A stretch of DNA of 64,000 bases from Eledone cirrhosa (lineage: Eukaryota), in contig OZ024744.1 of assembly GCA_964016885.1 (NCBI GenBank), positions 75,206,001-75,270,000 of the forward strand, in the 5' to 3' direction. The notes under the pieces were generated by a model. It did not search any database and was not told where the DNA came from. It saw only the letters and a program-made list of their open reading frames with translations. A program made the translations under genes and the position numbers. Below, piece by piece: positions 1-14,299 of this stretch (the first letter of the stretch is position 1; the number at the start of each line of letters is the position of its first letter).

Positions 1-570
1 GAGATCCATTGTGCTTCGAACGGGTGTCGAAGTCTGAGAACGTGTGGCGGGGTCTGAGATGTCACTCGTATAAGCTCCTCGACTTCATATGCATATATAG
101 TTTGTCTTGCTATCTGAAAACCGGTTGCTTACCCCGCCACACCGAACTAAACCTGATCATTAAGTGAGTCCCAGCTCGGGTAAATATCCCCTCAAGAATG
201 GAGTCGGATGGCTAATCTTACTCTTTGTCACTGTGTAAGAGGTAGATGTCTCGTCTGGGACACCACAGTCAGTGGTTCTTGTGCTCCCTCCCATATCATG
301 GATGCCGCGGTAAATATGATGATCACTGCTTCCGTAGCCGAACGGAATTAAATCCTAGAATACCGGGAACTATCAAATAACTATTTTTGCAGCCTGTGGC
401 GTTTAAGGCACTTTGTGGAGTTGGGCCGCTAACAAAGAATTTCTCGTCATTTTTAGCGGCTCGCCTTACCAAGGTTTGAAGTGCTGCACATGATGGTACC
501 TCGTTGTTTCAGTACCTTCGCCACGCCATCATACATGGTAGTGTTGCAAGCGTGTTGGCTTACCTGAAAA
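1..570 (+). mobile_element. Decayed CRE-clade non-LTR retrotransposon 3' end (zinc knuckle plus restriction-like endonuclease)
   Basis: Broken frames give LSCYLKTGCLPRHTELNLIIK, RGRCLVWDTTV, PVAFKALCGVGP and LFQYLRHAIIHGSVASVL, matching the CRE-type H.LSC....RH..N, G..LVWD and FQR.S.AIQRGNAA motifs; stops and frameshifts present. Confidence 0.7.
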
Positions 571-763
571 CTTTTCTATAAACTTTGTGGTTTGTGAACG
601 ATTGACGCAATTGGTGATGAATTTATGGGTTTATTTCCCATTGATCATATATTATTGTACATTATAATTATAAGGTTCCTAGAAATCATTTATAATATTT
701 ATTATTTGTGTTTATATTTTCATATATATATATATACAGATATAAATAAATATATCTATCTAT

Positions 764-933
764 CTAAGGCGGGTAAAATTCCCGAGATCCATGGACGAGT
801 TCTCTCCAGCGTTCTCTGTCCCTCATTATCGCTGCCATGTCCTGCGTCTCCAACAGACCAGTGTCTGTCCTTAGGGCATCAACATACGTTAACCTTGGTC
901 TTCCTCTTCTAGTGTGTCCATGTAGGGGCTCCC
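764..933 (-). mobile_element. RTE-clade LINE 3' fragment
   Basis: ORF 764..1036(-) ends WEPLHGHTRRGRPRLTYVDAL...MRDRERWRELV, a typical RTE ORF C-terminus. Confidence 0.75.
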
Positions 934-952
934 AAATAAATATATATATGTC

Positions 953-987
<35 letters not shown>

Positions 988-994
<7 letters not shown>

Positions 995-1546
995 ATACTT
1001 TGGGAGGGTCATGTTGCCAATAAGAAACACACGCACCAGTTACTTTCACTTCAATTTATTATAATAAATTTATAAATTTAGGAATTTATAAATTTCCGGT
1101 TGGTTGGTTGGTTCCACAACGAGATGACTGTTTATATATTGTAAAAGTTCTTTCGTCACACATTATGTGACCTCTTCAGTGACTGGGGATTCTTTTCTTT
1201 GTTTTTGTGCCTCTCCTTTGTTCTGTCCTACGCCATCTTGTTTTTGCCGTAGGACAGAACAAAGGAGAGGCACAAAAACAAAGAAAAGAATCCCCAGTCA
1301 CTGAAGAGGTCACAGAATGTGTGACGAAAGAACTTTGACAATATATAAACAATCATCTCGTTGTGGAACCAACCAACCAACCGGAAATTTATAAATTCCT
1401 AAATTTATAAATTTATTATAATAAATTGAAGTGAAAGCAACTGGTGCGTGTGTTTCTTTTTGGCAACATGACCCTCCCAAAGTATAACAATATCGGTTTC
1501 AACACACGTTTTCAGATAAAGAATCTTGCTAAACAAATTCAGAAAC

Positions 1547-1547
<1 letters not shown>
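988..1547 (+). mobile_element. Fold-back hammerhead-bearing element (Penelope-like pLTR remnant) in (TA)n
   Basis: Inverted arms about 988-1232 and 1248-1493 with a 15-nt loop and few mismatches, plus a unique tail 1494-1547; flanked on both sides by (TA)n. Confidence 0.8.
1297..1339 (+). ncRNA. Minimal type I hammerhead ribozyme motif
   Basis: GTCA-CTGAAGA-G-GTCACA(gaatg)TGTGAC-GAAA-gaac-TT-TGAC; stems I and II pair; mirror copy on the minus strand in the left arm. Confidence 0.7.
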
Positions 1548-1602
<55 letters not shown>

Positions 1603-1613
1603 TATATATATGT

Positions 1614-1790
1614 ATTCATTATATTAAGGATAAATAGTGAGTCATGTTACGCTGGAGTTTCAACTATTTATCACAGGGTCCATTTGTTAAGCAAGCGAAA
1701 CTCCAGAGAAAAAAGACTCACTATTCAGCCTTAATAAAATGAATATTAAAAATCTACGTCGGTATTGAGTACTCTTTTCTATCAGTCCCC
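1614..1790 (+). mobile_element. Short fold-back pLTR-like element
   Basis: Arms about 1614-1661 and 1697-1744; the right arm begins at GAAACTCCAG; tail contains ATTGAGTACT at 1764-1773. Confidence 0.6.
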
Positions 1791-1810
1791 AAACACACAC
1801 ACACATACAC

Positions 1811-1869
<59 letters not shown>

Positions 1870-1893
1870 TATATATATATATATATATATATA

Positions 1894-2516
1894 TCTGTAT
1901 ATTTATAAAAATGTAGTTTTCTGTATGTGTGTGTATGTGTGTGTGGATAAGTTTTAATGAGGGCTCATATATTCTAAACCATTCATGCTATTTCTTTGAA
2001 ATCTTTTACAGAGCTTTTCCTTGCACAAAACTTGTACATGATCTACAAAGGCTTTCAAAAATCGATATTGGGGCCTTTGGAGATATTAAACAATTTCGGT
2101 TATGTGTGTCAATTTTCGTGATTAAGTAAGACAATAGTTATAATTCGTCAATATTTCGTGAAGTAAGACAAGAGTTATCTTTCGTCAGTACAATTTTGAT
2201 GTTGTCAAAAAGTTTTGTTTGGGGATTTTGATTATTACAATTCGGCTCATTCGGATTTTACTTTACTCTTTGTACTTGAAACAAAAGGTTTTACTGTTGT
2301 CAAAAAAATGTATACCTAGACTGGATTTCTGTTGTTACATGGGATAACGCATGACACCGAGCTCACATATTAATTATTTCGCTGGAATAGTGCCTAAGGT
2401 TTTCATATTTACATAAAGTACGTTTTTCTTCTATGTATTCAAATTTATTGTGTTTAGTTTAATGAGCTACATCGAAAGCTACTTGAACCGTCCAAAGGAC
2501 GGGCTACTTTAGCTAG
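1894..2516 (+). mobile_element. Non-autonomous Helitron
   Basis: Starts a|TC followed by TATAAAA and (GT)-rich sequence; ends with hairpin CCGTCC-aaa-GGACGG (2488-2502) and CTAG|t. Confidence 0.65.
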
Positions 2517-2535
2517 TATATATATATAAATATAT

Positions 2536-2663
<128 letters not shown>

Positions 2664-2698
2664 ATTCAGATTTACTAGTGCTCATGCAATAGCGTGTT

Positions 2699-2740
2699 AC
2701 TCTGGTGTTTCCTCTGTTCACATCAGGCTCCTCAGAGAGT
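2699..2740 (-). ncRNA. Hammerhead-like motif with degenerate cleavage triplet
   Basis: Minus strand reads ACTCT-CTGAGGA-GCCTG(atgtgaa)CAGAG-GAAA-CACC-AGAGT; stem I is perfect but no canonical NUH. Confidence 0.45.
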
Positions 2741-3219
2741 TAAACACTAGGCAATCTGTAATATTTAATCTCTACTATATTATCGAATACACATTATCAG
2801 GTTTGTTAATGCTAACGGATGTATGTCCAAGGGCAGATGTAGTATGTTATTTGAGGGTCATACTCGTAAAGTAGATTTCAAAAATAATTTCACCCTCAAA
2901 TATACAAAGCAATATAGTTCCTGCTTAAATTCAGTCCACATCAACCATTCATTCGTAGATATATACGTTAATGTAAATATTGACTTCTATTAAACCAGAA
3001 AAATCCCAACAAATACCTAAATGTGGACTGTGAGTGCCTCATTGAAGCTTTAAATATGAATATCATGAAAAGCATAATCCTTGAACACATGAATAGACCA
3101 AGCTTTAGAAAAATATTAGAGATTTACCAACATAGACATAACGAAATATAAACAACACAAATTTTACATAGAATATAGCATTCCACAAAAGTTTTCTCTA
3201 AATTTAGTCAAATCAAAGA

Positions 3220-5342
3220 TATCACATGCCGAATCAAATGCAGAGTTCAACAATTGCAATCCATGTTCAATATGACTGGCAAGGTTACCGTCATCCTCAT
3301 ACAGTAGGCCTCTTCTTAGTGAGGTGAACACTTTGCTATATCAAAGACATTTCCTGTGGTACGATACCTTTTCATTGCTGTTTTTGAAAGTATGATAGAG
3401 TATGGCAGTTAAATATATTGCAAAGAGGTTTGGTGCATCAAGATTTCCCCGTTTCACACCACTTTGCACTGTAAAAAGCCCGGCGAGTGTACCTCCAAAA
3501 TTAACTGACTTTCGTGTCTTTTTGAAGAGCATTCAATATATTTACAAACTTTTGAGGGCATCCAAATTGAGACAGAACAAAACACAAGGCATTCCTATTA
3601 ACAGTATCAAATACCTTACTGAGATTAACAAAACGATGATGGTAGAGAGCGAGATTCTGTTCAATACATTTTTCCTGCAGTTGTCTGATTGTGAAGGTCA
3701 TATCAATAGTGCCTCTTTTCACAAGAAAAGGGCACTATGATCATATTAAGCCGTTCCAAAAGTACACGTGCTAGAACCGTACCGACAATAGACAATAGGG
3801 AACTGCATATAAACTTACCACAATGCTCTTTGAAAAAGGAGACTAAGATAGTATCAACCCAGTCTTGTGGCACTTCTTCCTTCATCCAACAATAATTGTT
3901 AAATGTTCTATAATTTTCTCCCCTCCTTGCTGGAGAACGTCAGTATTAATACCATCCAGGCCAGGAGATTTATTGCTATTTAATTTATGTATAGCAGAAG
4001 CAATGTCAATTCTATTTGGTTCAATAATGTTTGATTCAATAATTCTCATCTTGACAAAAAGAGCCCAGTGAATGTGGATAACATCGAAAGATTTGAAATT
4101 GACCACATTAAGTTTCTTTGGTACTTTAGTCCCAGAGTGTCTAGCTTTTGGTGTTAGAGTTCGACTGAGTTTGGCCCTGGCTAGTCGATTATAGTTTAAC
4201 ACTCTGCTACTCTCATTGTGCACACACTACATACATCTTTTACATCACATTTTTAAACTAAAATAAAATCAATAAGATTCCAAGCCTTAGAACTTGGGTG
4301 CATCCAAGTTGTGTTATATTAATTTTTCTGGTGAAAGTAAGTGTTTATTACAAGTTGATGTTCAGTGAAAAGTTAAGGAGTGAAATATCATTTCGGTTAC
4401 ATTTCCTTACACCATGTTTACCTAAAGCAGGCCAAGTTATAAAATCAGATCCAATCTTTGAGTTGAAGTCACCCATAATTACTAGTTTATCAGCAGCTAG
4501 CACATTTCTCACTAATTCTCCAAATTCGTTGTAGAATTGTTCAATAGAATCTTCTCGGTGTGGTATTATGGAAACATAAACACTTATTATTGTAAGATAT
4601 CTTCCTTTTTTCAGATACAGCCGACATGATATAATACTTTCTGATGAAACACTAGGATAATTTTCAAAAGATAAGATGAGAGAGAGAGTTTCTAGCAGTC
4701 AAGCCAACCCTGAATCTCACATTTGACTTTCTGCTAAACCTTTCCAAAAGAAAGTGTAACCTAATTCACTTTCATTGAGCTGGCCATCCACATGTAGGCG
4801 TGTTTCAGAGAGAGCTACTATATCTAATGTATAACTTTTTTAACTCATGAGCGATCAATGCAGGTCGTTTCTCTGGTCTTTGAATCAAATTGTCGTAAAC
4901 AAGAATACGTGCATACCAACAAGGAATTTTCATAATGTATATAAACTTTTTGTGATATCGATTAACCACAGTAGTAGGTTAACAACTGGATCCAACCTGC
5001 ACGCGCTGAGGCACCTGCCGAACCAGCCATGTTCACCTTTCCCTATTCCCATTTTCTAATTCTGTTTGAAACATTTAAAATTTGTTGAAAGTGCATTTCA
5101 AGGTTACTGCCAACCAAACAGCTAATGTTAACTGTGCTTGTATACAAGAAGTACGTGTGCAGTTAAACCTATTTTGAGTGGACATAGCATATGTCCACTC
5201 GTGACTACAGAAGATTTGATTAGTGTGACGAATAGAATGACTACACCAAGATCTTCAGGAGCCTCAGGTTTTTATATCAGAGCTTTACTATCTCCTAGAC
5301 TAGTTGCCATTACCAAGCTGTAGAGTGTAGTCTACTCTATCG
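3220..5342 (-). mobile_element. Decayed RTE-clade LINE (5' UTR, APE endonuclease, RT up to the YADD-equivalent)
   Basis: Minus-strand peptides LVIMGDFNSKIG, NKSPGLDGINTDVLQQGG, RGTIDMTFTIRQLQEKCIEQN, FTVQSGVKRG, LLYEDD; many frameshifts. Confidence 0.9.
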
Positions 5343-5589
5343 GTCTACTCTATGAAAAATAAAATTTCTTTTTCAAATAAGTGATAAAATACATAAATAA
5401 AAACACACATTAATACTATAATAATATTTATAATAAAAAATAATATTTTTATTATATTACATACATTCATACACACTGACGGTGAGATATATTTGTGTGT
5501 GCAGCTGTATGTATTTCAGATTATATTATATGTAACTATGTATAAATTTGATATACAGATAAATGCAGAAAGGTTATCGTTTCAGAAAC

Positions 5590-5658
<69 letters not shown>

Positions 5659-6402
5659 GAGTGGAATGAAAGCTTGTAGAGGAGAAGAACGCCAGCATTT
5701 GAGCCGCAAAAAAAAGCGAAATATATATAGATAGAAAGAGGGAGAGTGAGACTGAATAGATTTCACACAAAACACACACACACATATATATATATATCTG
5801 TCTGTCTATCTCCTACCTACCTACCTATCTATCTATCTATCAATTTATTTATCTGTCTGCCTGTCTTTCTATCAATAGATATCAACCTTTCCTACCAATA
5901 TACATACGCACATGTATACATACATACATACAAACATACATACCTACATACATACATACATACATACATACATACCTAACTATGTATGTATCTATGTATT
6001 TGTGCATCTATTTGTCTACTTACCTACTTATCTACCTACTTACCTGTCTATTCATGTATATCTACCAATGTATCTCTCTTCGACAAGAACAGGAAAACAA
6101 AGAAGTGTGATCCCAATAGCAGTTAGAAGATATATATATATAATTATATTAGGTATGAGTACCACAAAGCAGGTACTAATCGAATTGTTTAAGACATTCA
6201 CAAAGCACTCAATGGAGCGAGAAGGTAATACATTATCGTCCAGAATAAACACAGAGGTTAAAAAGTGTGACACCAAGAAAAACAACCTAAGGTAATGGCC
6301 ATACCTATACCACAACATATATTTATGATTTCCTTCGAATGAAACAGTTCTAGTCTTGTAGGAGTTATTTCTATATTAAATTTGGCATATATGTATATAC
6401 AT

Positions 6403-6497
<95 letters not shown>

Positions 6498-6620
6498 TAT
6501 TAATCTTATTTTAATTATTATTTTATTTGAGAAGCTTGTAAGCAATGAATTAATACATCAAATGTATATTTTACAATGAATCTCGTCAGTTTGAACGTGT
6601 ACTATACTAGTATATATATG

Positions 6621-6651
<31 letters not shown>

Positions 6652-6675
6652 AAGAGAGAGAGAGAGAAAGAGAGA

Positions 6676-6741
<66 letters not shown>

Positions 6742-6916
6742 CAGTGATCGACATACAGAGAGAGATATATAATATTTGTTTATATATTTGTTTATATATT
6801 TGTATATAATATTTGTTTATATATACATATATATATATTCATAGATAGATAGATACATATATATATATTCATAGATAGATAGATAAATATATTCATAGAT
6901 AGATAGATATAAACAA

Positions 6917-6929
<13 letters not shown>

Positions 6930-6948
<19 letters not shown>

Positions 6949-7290
6949 TTGTGTTTGTGTGTGTGTGTGGTTGAATGTGTGTGTGAGTGTGTGTGTGTGT
7001 GTGTGTGTGGTTGAATGTGTGTGTGTATGCGTGTGTGTGTGTGGGTGTGTGGTTGAATGTATGTGCGTGTGTGTGGTTGAATGTGTGTGTGTGTGTATGC
7101 GTGTGTGTGTGGTTGAATGTGTGTGTGTGAGTGTGGGTGTATGTGTGTGTGCGTGTCTGGTTCAATGTGTGTGTATGCGTGTGTGTGGTTGAATGTGTGT
7201 GTGTGTATGCGTGTGTGTGAGTGTGTGTATGTGTGTGGGGTTGAATGTGTGTCTGTGCGTATGCGTGTTTGTGTGTGTGTGTGTGTATAT
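6930..7290. repeat. (GT)n-derived minisatellite with recurring GTGGTTGAATGT unit
   Basis: GGTTGAAT recurs about eight times inside GT repeats. Confidence 0.8.
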
Positions 7291-7666
7291 GTAGTTAACA
7301 TCACTTGCAAACCAAGTGTCGTTTCTCTAGGTTGATTTATATCTCAATGGTATATTTTTTTGTTAATTTTTCTTCTCTTGTTTAATACGTATTTTCTTTC
7401 TTGTAAAGCGAGACCTCGGGGAGACTGATATGCCAAAAGCAAAAAGAACACTGCCAAATCAGTTTAACATTGAAGCAGCCAGTATTTCGACCTTGTGACA
7501 TATCTTTGCGTGACCAGGGATTTATTTCAATGGATCCTTTTTTATGCATTTAAGCCGCATACAGGATGGGTAGAATGGAAGCCCACTATAGCCTGGAGAA
7601 CAGATGTAAATACATTCATACGTACGTACATACATACAAGCAGATAAACTACGTGTGCGTATATAA

Positions 7667-7750
<84 letters not shown>

Positions 7751-7775
7751 ATATATATATATATATGTATATATC

Positions 7776-7807
<32 letters not shown>

Positions 7808-8032
7808 AACACACACATACATGTACAAACAAGACAAATACACAAAAATTACACATTACCACACACGTGTATATATGCGTATATATGTATATATGTAATC
7901 ATACGTATATATATATATATGTGTGTGTGTATGCGTGTACGTATGTTGTAAGCGTGTGTATGAGTGATATGCGTATGTGTATTTATGCTTGTATGTATAC
8001 ATATATTATATAGATATGTATGTGTCTATATA

Positions 8033-8153
<121 letters not shown>

Positions 8154-8269
8154 ACTAGAAATTGATTCGGTAGAATCTTAGAGCTTATTTTGCGGGTGAT
8201 ATGGCGCATGTCTTTCTGGCATGACACCCATAATTTTGATTATCTTAATTTTGGATATAGATATATAGA

Positions 8270-9214
8270 TATATAAAGAAGTGTGTATATATATATCTGT
8301 CTACAATTTAACTGCTTTACTCTCTTCACGCTTTGAGGTTTAACATACCTCCCTATAGTTTCTTAGCTTTACTCTCTCCGTCGCTCTTCCCTCTCTCTAT
8401 AATAGATTATTCCCCCTCTCTATAATTTAACTGCTGGGGGAGTCATTGGTGTTCCGTATTGACATAGGGCTTTTCTGGGGTATTTTAAATCGGCTTATTG
8501 CAAATAACAACCTACAAAATAACACTTCATATAACAGATTAATGCTATAGACATATGAATCGGAATGTTTAAATTATTTATTTTTTACGACTTTAATTGG
8601 TTAAATATTAATATGACAACACTCATAGTGTTGTACTTCTGGCAATTCTGCCGAATACACTGCCAAGGATGAACCTTTTTCCCTCGGCGTCAGATATCCT
8701 CTTCGATTTCCGGCGATCCCAATTCCCGGAAAGACCATGTTTTGCCATGTCCATTAACAAGTCACAAGGGCAAACATGGTCGGTGGCGGGCATCCATTTG
8801 GGGGAGCCATGCTTCTCCCATGGCCAACTTAATGTTGCCTGTTCCTGCGTCAAGGGATGACACGCAATATCGTCTACAAAGAGGTGCTATAGATGTTGGT
8901 GCAGGTGTTGGAGGTGTTGGAGCTATGCCGTCTGAAAAACTATTTCCTGGTAGGGTCACCCATGGCGGACAGATCGGACACCCAGCGGCATCAGGGCTAC
9001 CATCTTGCAAATTTGGCATGCTAAATTCGCTATTGGAAGATTATTAACCCACCATTGATTGTCGAAAATGCTAATTGGTTCGTAACATTTAATAACCGGT
9101 TCAACTGCTTTATGCACTTAATTGATAAGCTTATTCTCTTTCAAGCCATATTTACCTGTATGTAACTTTTCATAGCAAATGAACAAACCCGAGCAACGCC
9201 GGGCTAAACTGCTA

Positions 9215-9215
<1 letters not shown>
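8270..9215 (+). mobile_element. Helitron remnant with 3' terminus
   Basis: Contains a helicase remnant; ends CCCGAGCAACGCCGGG (9188-9203) then CTAG|t into (TA)n. The 5' boundary is uncertain. Confidence 0.75.
8640..8892 (+). pseudogene. Helitron RepHel PIF1-family helicase C-terminal fragment
   Basis: FRRSQFPERPCFAMSINKSQGQT...PCFSHGQLNVACS, then in a shifted frame TRNIVYKEVL*, the canonical Helitron helicase C-terminus. Confidence 0.9.
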
Positions 9216-9286
<71 letters not shown>

Positions 9287-9682
9287 ATGAAATAAAGATA
9301 GTTATCAAAGTTCCATATATTTTATTATACGTATTTCGACTACAAAATCATCCTGGGACAGATGTTGTGTTCGCTTCAGATAAAAAATAAGGTACAATGA
9401 TATGAGGCATAATAGCACTTGTTTATAGGAAAGTGCTAAGTCTACATATATATACACACATACATATCTATATAATATATGTATACATACATGCATAAAT
9501 ACACATACGCTTATCACTCATACACACGCTTACAACACACATTCACATATACGTTCACATATACACACACACAAACATATATATGTATGATTACATATAT
9601 ACATATATACGCATATATACACTTATGTGGCAATGTGTAATTTTTGTGTGTTTGTCTTGTTTGTACATGTGTGTGTGTGTGC

Positions 9683-9770
<88 letters not shown>

Positions 9771-10097
9771 ATATAAATACATATATAATAATATATAATA
9801 TAATTGAATAAACAAGAGAGATGAACACTAATATAAACATACATGTATTCGAATCGTAAGGACCAAGTTTGCTAGGGTGAAAAAATACTAACTACAGCAA
9901 TATGGTTTCTCAGACTTAATTTTAAATATTAAATTAAGAAAAATAACAGACCTATATTGGGCAATCGCCTGGTAACAACTAGACAGTTTTGGAGACTGTT
10001 CGCAACATCTTATTAAGTGAAGTTCTCACGTTTCTCTGCTCGTCAGTAGCTGTTGAGAAATTAGTGATCGTTCCACTTCTAAAAATATTATAGACTG

Positions 10098-10268
10098 AAT
10101 TTCGTGCGATAAGAATTATCACACGTGTCTTCGCAACCCAGCATGTCTCGACTCGAAATTCCATGCCGCTAAAAATAGCAGCCTGGCTAACAGGACATTA
10201 AAATTAGCTCCACTTGATGGAGCCGACAAACGAAGACACGTGTGATAATTCTTATCGTACGCAATTCA
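10098..10268. repeat. Inverted repeat with about 37-bp arms
   Basis: GAATTTCGTGCGATAAGAATTATCACACGTGTCTTCG ... CGAAGACACGTGTGATAATTCTTATCGTACGCAATTC. Confidence 0.75.
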
Positions 10269-10652
10269 AATGATATGTTTACAAAAAAAAAAAATTAAAA
10301 TCTAAATAATGGAAATATGGGGAGATGGAGTTGGCGTGATCTACGCCCCAGTCAAAACGATATAACTCAGTTGTGAGCCGGAGATAAAATGGCTAAAGCA
10401 ATGCCACCCCACTCCACGAAGCTCTTTCCTTAGCCAGGTTGCCCCCCCCCCCCCACATTTTAACGGACGAAAATGGCATTTCGGAGACTGAGGGCTCCAG
10501 AGTTGATGAAGGTACGAAAAGGAAGCTTTGGTCAAATCCTGGCATATATATATCTTCCTCTCCGCCGTGTTATTGCTGGATCTGTAATCTATTCAGTTTG
10601 AACAGGAAGCGTCAGAAAGAATTTTTCAGACAAAATCCCAATGTGAGTTTAG

Positions 10653-10778
<126 letters not shown>

Positions 10779-12357
10779 GTGCGTGTGTGTGTGTGCGTGA
10801 TAAAATAAAGTATCAGTAACGAACTAGGGTCAATTTAATCAACTTTCTCCTCTTACAAAATTGCTGGCCTTGTACCTAAATCAGAAACCATTATGTTACA
10901 ATGTAGCTCTTATCTGTTAAATTGTGTTTGACATGGAGACAAAGATGAAATTTTAACTTCTGAGTTGAAGTACGGAAGTTCAAATGGGGAATACCTTTTG
11001 ATGAAATAAGCGGTAGAAGAAAGAAAAAAAACACCACATAAATTTGTATGTCTACAATCGGACTCAGCGAAACATATTTTAATTTTGTCGAGGCTCTCCA
11101 TAAAACAAGTACTAGAAATTACACGTGTTACAACCACATCAAAATATTAACTTACAATTTACGGTTGTTGATTTTTTTCGCTTCTTTATTCACGAGATAC
11201 AATATAGGTTTGTTCAAAAATTTTGTTTAGGTTTAGTGGTTGTCAGACAGTTGCTAAGCTGTCTGTTAATATATATATATATAGATATATTTTGTTCACG
11301 CTTCGAATTTCATTCTTTATATTTCATATAAACTGAGAAACCCACCCCGACATACGGCACATAGATACACATCACATTGATACATACACAGTATATATAT
11401 ATATATATATAAAACTTCAACAATGATCGCTCGCTACCGAATATGCATTTGCTAAATGTTTTAGGCAAACCTTGCCATAGAGAGCTGACATAGATACCCT
11501 CTCGGCTCATACACCTTTGATCCAGCGGCGCATCCAGGATGTGGCAGCTTGAACGAAAGAGGACTACATTATCACACACTTTTTTTATTGACCACGAAAG
11601 GATGAAAAGCAAAGTGGACCGGTGACCTCCTCGGGAATTAAACCTAGAACGCAGAGACCCGGAACAAATATCCAATGCCCTAACGACACTACTAAATCGG
11701 TGGAATTTTTGTTTTCTTTTTGGGGGTGGGGAGGGGAGCTATTTTGGTGGAGTAAGTAGAATTAAACTCCAACGTCATCCCTTTGCTGTTTTGTAGTGAA
11801 ATTTTATTTATGTTTAGTTACATAGTAGAATTTTTTTCCATACACTGACGCGTATGTGTATATGTGTATGCATGTGTGTATGTGTGTATGTGTGTATGTG
11901 CATACGCATACATTTATATGTATGCGTATGTAAATATAAACGCGCAAAATCAGACACACTTACAAAAATACACACTCACAGACATACAATCACACAAACA
12001 CACAAATACATTCACACAAACACACATACATTCACACAAACACACACATACACATACACTCACACAGCGTAGTTTTTGACAAGCCCTTTCCTTCTTTTTA
12101 CACACATATTCATTCACGCAGGCGGGAGAAGTACAGAGAGGAGTAGTATGAGGTACTCCTCTCACATTACGTGTTGTGACAGAATTGCAGAAATGTATGT
12201 ATAGATGATGTATGTGTTTCTTTGATTATTTATGTTTTTTTTATAAATGACTATATTGTTTATAATTTAAAAAATAAAAATGACATGTTTTCTCCAGAAT
12301 ATTAGTGTTAGATATATATTTTAAAATATATATTTAAAGATATATATTTTCAGAAAC

Positions 12358-12555
12358 ACTTGCAAACTTGATTGTCACCACAGAATATGAACCTGAAGAT
12401 TGCGAAAGCATGAAAGTACTTGTTCAATTAACACTTAATACAATTAACACTTTAATATTCTATCATACTATTTCATGCTAATACCATTATTAATTTTAAA
12501 GGATTGTAAATAAAACGAGTAAATCAGACAAAGTTGGAATTCCTTTTATTAATAT
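12358..12555 (+). mobile_element. Hammerhead-bearing pLTR-like element, with a second copy at 57397-57610 (-)
   Basis: Shares TTGCAAACTTGA...GTAAATAAAACGAGTAAATCAGACAAAGTT...CCTTTTATTAAT with the reverse complement of 57397-57610. Confidence 0.8.
12388..12426 (+). ncRNA. Minimal type I hammerhead ribozyme motif
   Basis: TGAAC-CTGAAGA-t-TGC(gaaa)GCA-t-GAAA-GTAC-TT-GTTCA; palindromic stem III region AAGTACTT. Confidence 0.75.
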
Positions 12556-12713
12556 AATCTTCTATACACAATCATACACACCCGTGTATATTTATTTATA
12601 TATATATATATATATACATACAGAGAGGGGGAGAGGCATGAGAGAAGGGAAATAGTGCAATAGAGAGAGAGAGAAACTGAAAGAGAGAGAGAGTGTGAGA
12701 GGGAGAGAGGGAG

Positions 12714-12767
<54 letters not shown>

Positions 12768-12978
12768 GAGTCGAGAGGGAAGGTAAATAGTAAAATAGAG
12801 AGAAATAGAGAAAGCTACCGTATGATCCCAACATAGAGGCCTATCTATTGGAATTTGTACGATTCTCAATATCTACTCTGCACCTAAACATGCGTTGATG
12901 TGTGGTGTTCAGGGGCCAGGAAACGAGTACACATTTAATACATATATAGACTTCCGTTTTCCGTAGGTAAGCAATTCC

Positions 12979-13020
12979 GCTGAGCCGATGATCCTTTAAG
13001 GTGAAACAATTGTCCTTGGC
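12979..13020 (+). ncRNA. Hammerhead motif of the CAATTG family (core variant CCGATGA)
   Basis: GCTGAG-CCGATGA-TCC(tttaa)GGT-GAAA-CAATTG-TC-CTTGGC; relatives at 26366 and 33800. Confidence 0.6.
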
Positions 13021-13369
13021 AATGGTTATTTAACTGTTGTGGAACTAACTTCTACCGGACTCGTCCCATGCACTAAGTCCTCTACTATTGCGGATATAAG
13101 CAACTAGTGTTCTAACACCACACACATACACAATATATATATATATAAATATATATATGTATATATATATATATATGCGTGTGTATATATAATTCGTTTT
13201 TTTTTTATTTGTTTTGCGATATTTCTTTATATATATATATATATATATATATGGATTCAACTTGAAACTGTTTAGACCATTAATCAACAGAGTACTCGAT
13301 AATTCAGGTAGTAGAGTCGCGACCCTACGGCTGAGCTCTAGCTATATATATAATTGCAGCTATATATAT

Positions 13370-13553
13370 AATTGTGTCTACTTTAAGCACAAGGCCAGCA
13401 ATTACCCAGTGCATTACTGGTACTTTATTTTATCGACCCCGTAAGGATGAAAGGCAAAGTCAACCTCGGTGGGATTTGAACTCAGATCGTAAAGGGACGT
13501 AACTATGCTGGAAAGCATGGCGTCCGACCCTCTACCGATACTGCCAATCCACC
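13370..13553 (-). mobile_element. tRNA-derived SINE (dominant family)
   Basis: Reverse complement has A-box TGGCAGTATCGG, B-box GAGTTCAAATCC, central GCCTTTCATCCTTACGGGGTCGATAAAATAAAGTACCAG (resembles the MetaSINE domain) and an AT-rich tail. Confidence 0.9.
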
Positions 13554-13950
13554 ATAATGAAGAAATTTAAGGCGTTTTATTGGCCAAACAGTAGAAATAT
13601 GAAATGCGATAATTGGAAGAATTTGATTTAAGCCACTGTATAGTAGTATATCGGAATAAATGTATATAAGGAACACAGCATAAAATCGATTAATTAGCTT
13701 TAACTCTTAATTTTGTACCAGTCATCTATCCTCAGAGACATTATAAAGCACAAACATTTAAGAAAAGTAGATCTCCTGGAGTAACACCCGTTCTTCATAA
13801 TATTGTGCTTTGTACACTTACACTCATACAATACATTGGATTGGTTTATCACGAGTTTAATTCCTGGATCAACATTCTTTCTCTTTAATTGTTGTTGAAC
13901 CACATTAAATTTGAAAATTGTCGACATGACTTTATTCACTTAACCTTCCA

Positions 13951-14145
13951 CCATGGCTGAGTGGTTAGAGAATTGGATTCGCATTCGTGAGGTCGTGATT
14001 TCGATTCCTGGACCGGGAGATGCGTTATGTCCTTGTGCAAGACACTTTATTTCACGTTGCTCATTCTACCTGGAGTTACGACCGATAGATAGTATTAGCA
14101 ATTGGAAAGACCCATGGAAACATTGTTTCCTCGGTCCGATTTGAC
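13951..14145 (+). mobile_element. Second tRNA-derived SINE family (CORE-like)
   Basis: TGGCTGAGTGGTTAGA...TTCGATTCC head followed by TGTCCTTGTGCAAGACACTTTATTTCAC; the 3' part recurs near 17905-17970. Confidence 0.7.
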
Positions 14146-14170
14146 GAAAGTCGATCGGAAAAAAAAAAGC

Positions 14171-14201
<31 letters not shown>

Positions 14202-14299
14202 GGTTTTACGTATTATTCAATACAACTTATCCAATTAATGCTTATGTTATTACAATTTAATAAAAGGGTGGAAAATATATTGAGTATAACAATGCATTA

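Noticed and set aside
7398-7498. Possible host exon (RDLGETDMPKAKRTLPNQFNIEAASISTL*) after a pyrimidine tract
   Set aside because: Weak AAG acceptor, short, no recognisable homology and no partner exons.
8669-8860. Host PIF1 helicase exon
   Set aside because: It is frameshifted, ends in the Helitron-type NIVYKEVL, and is followed by a Helitron hairpin and CTAG.
10910-13939. Non-repetitive short ORFs 10910..11137(-) and 13700..13939(-) as exons
   Set aside because: No recognisable domain or convincing splice pattern; cannot be supported without transcript data.
13951-14025. Functional tRNA gene
   Set aside because: No proper acceptor stem, and it runs into a CORE-like SINE body.
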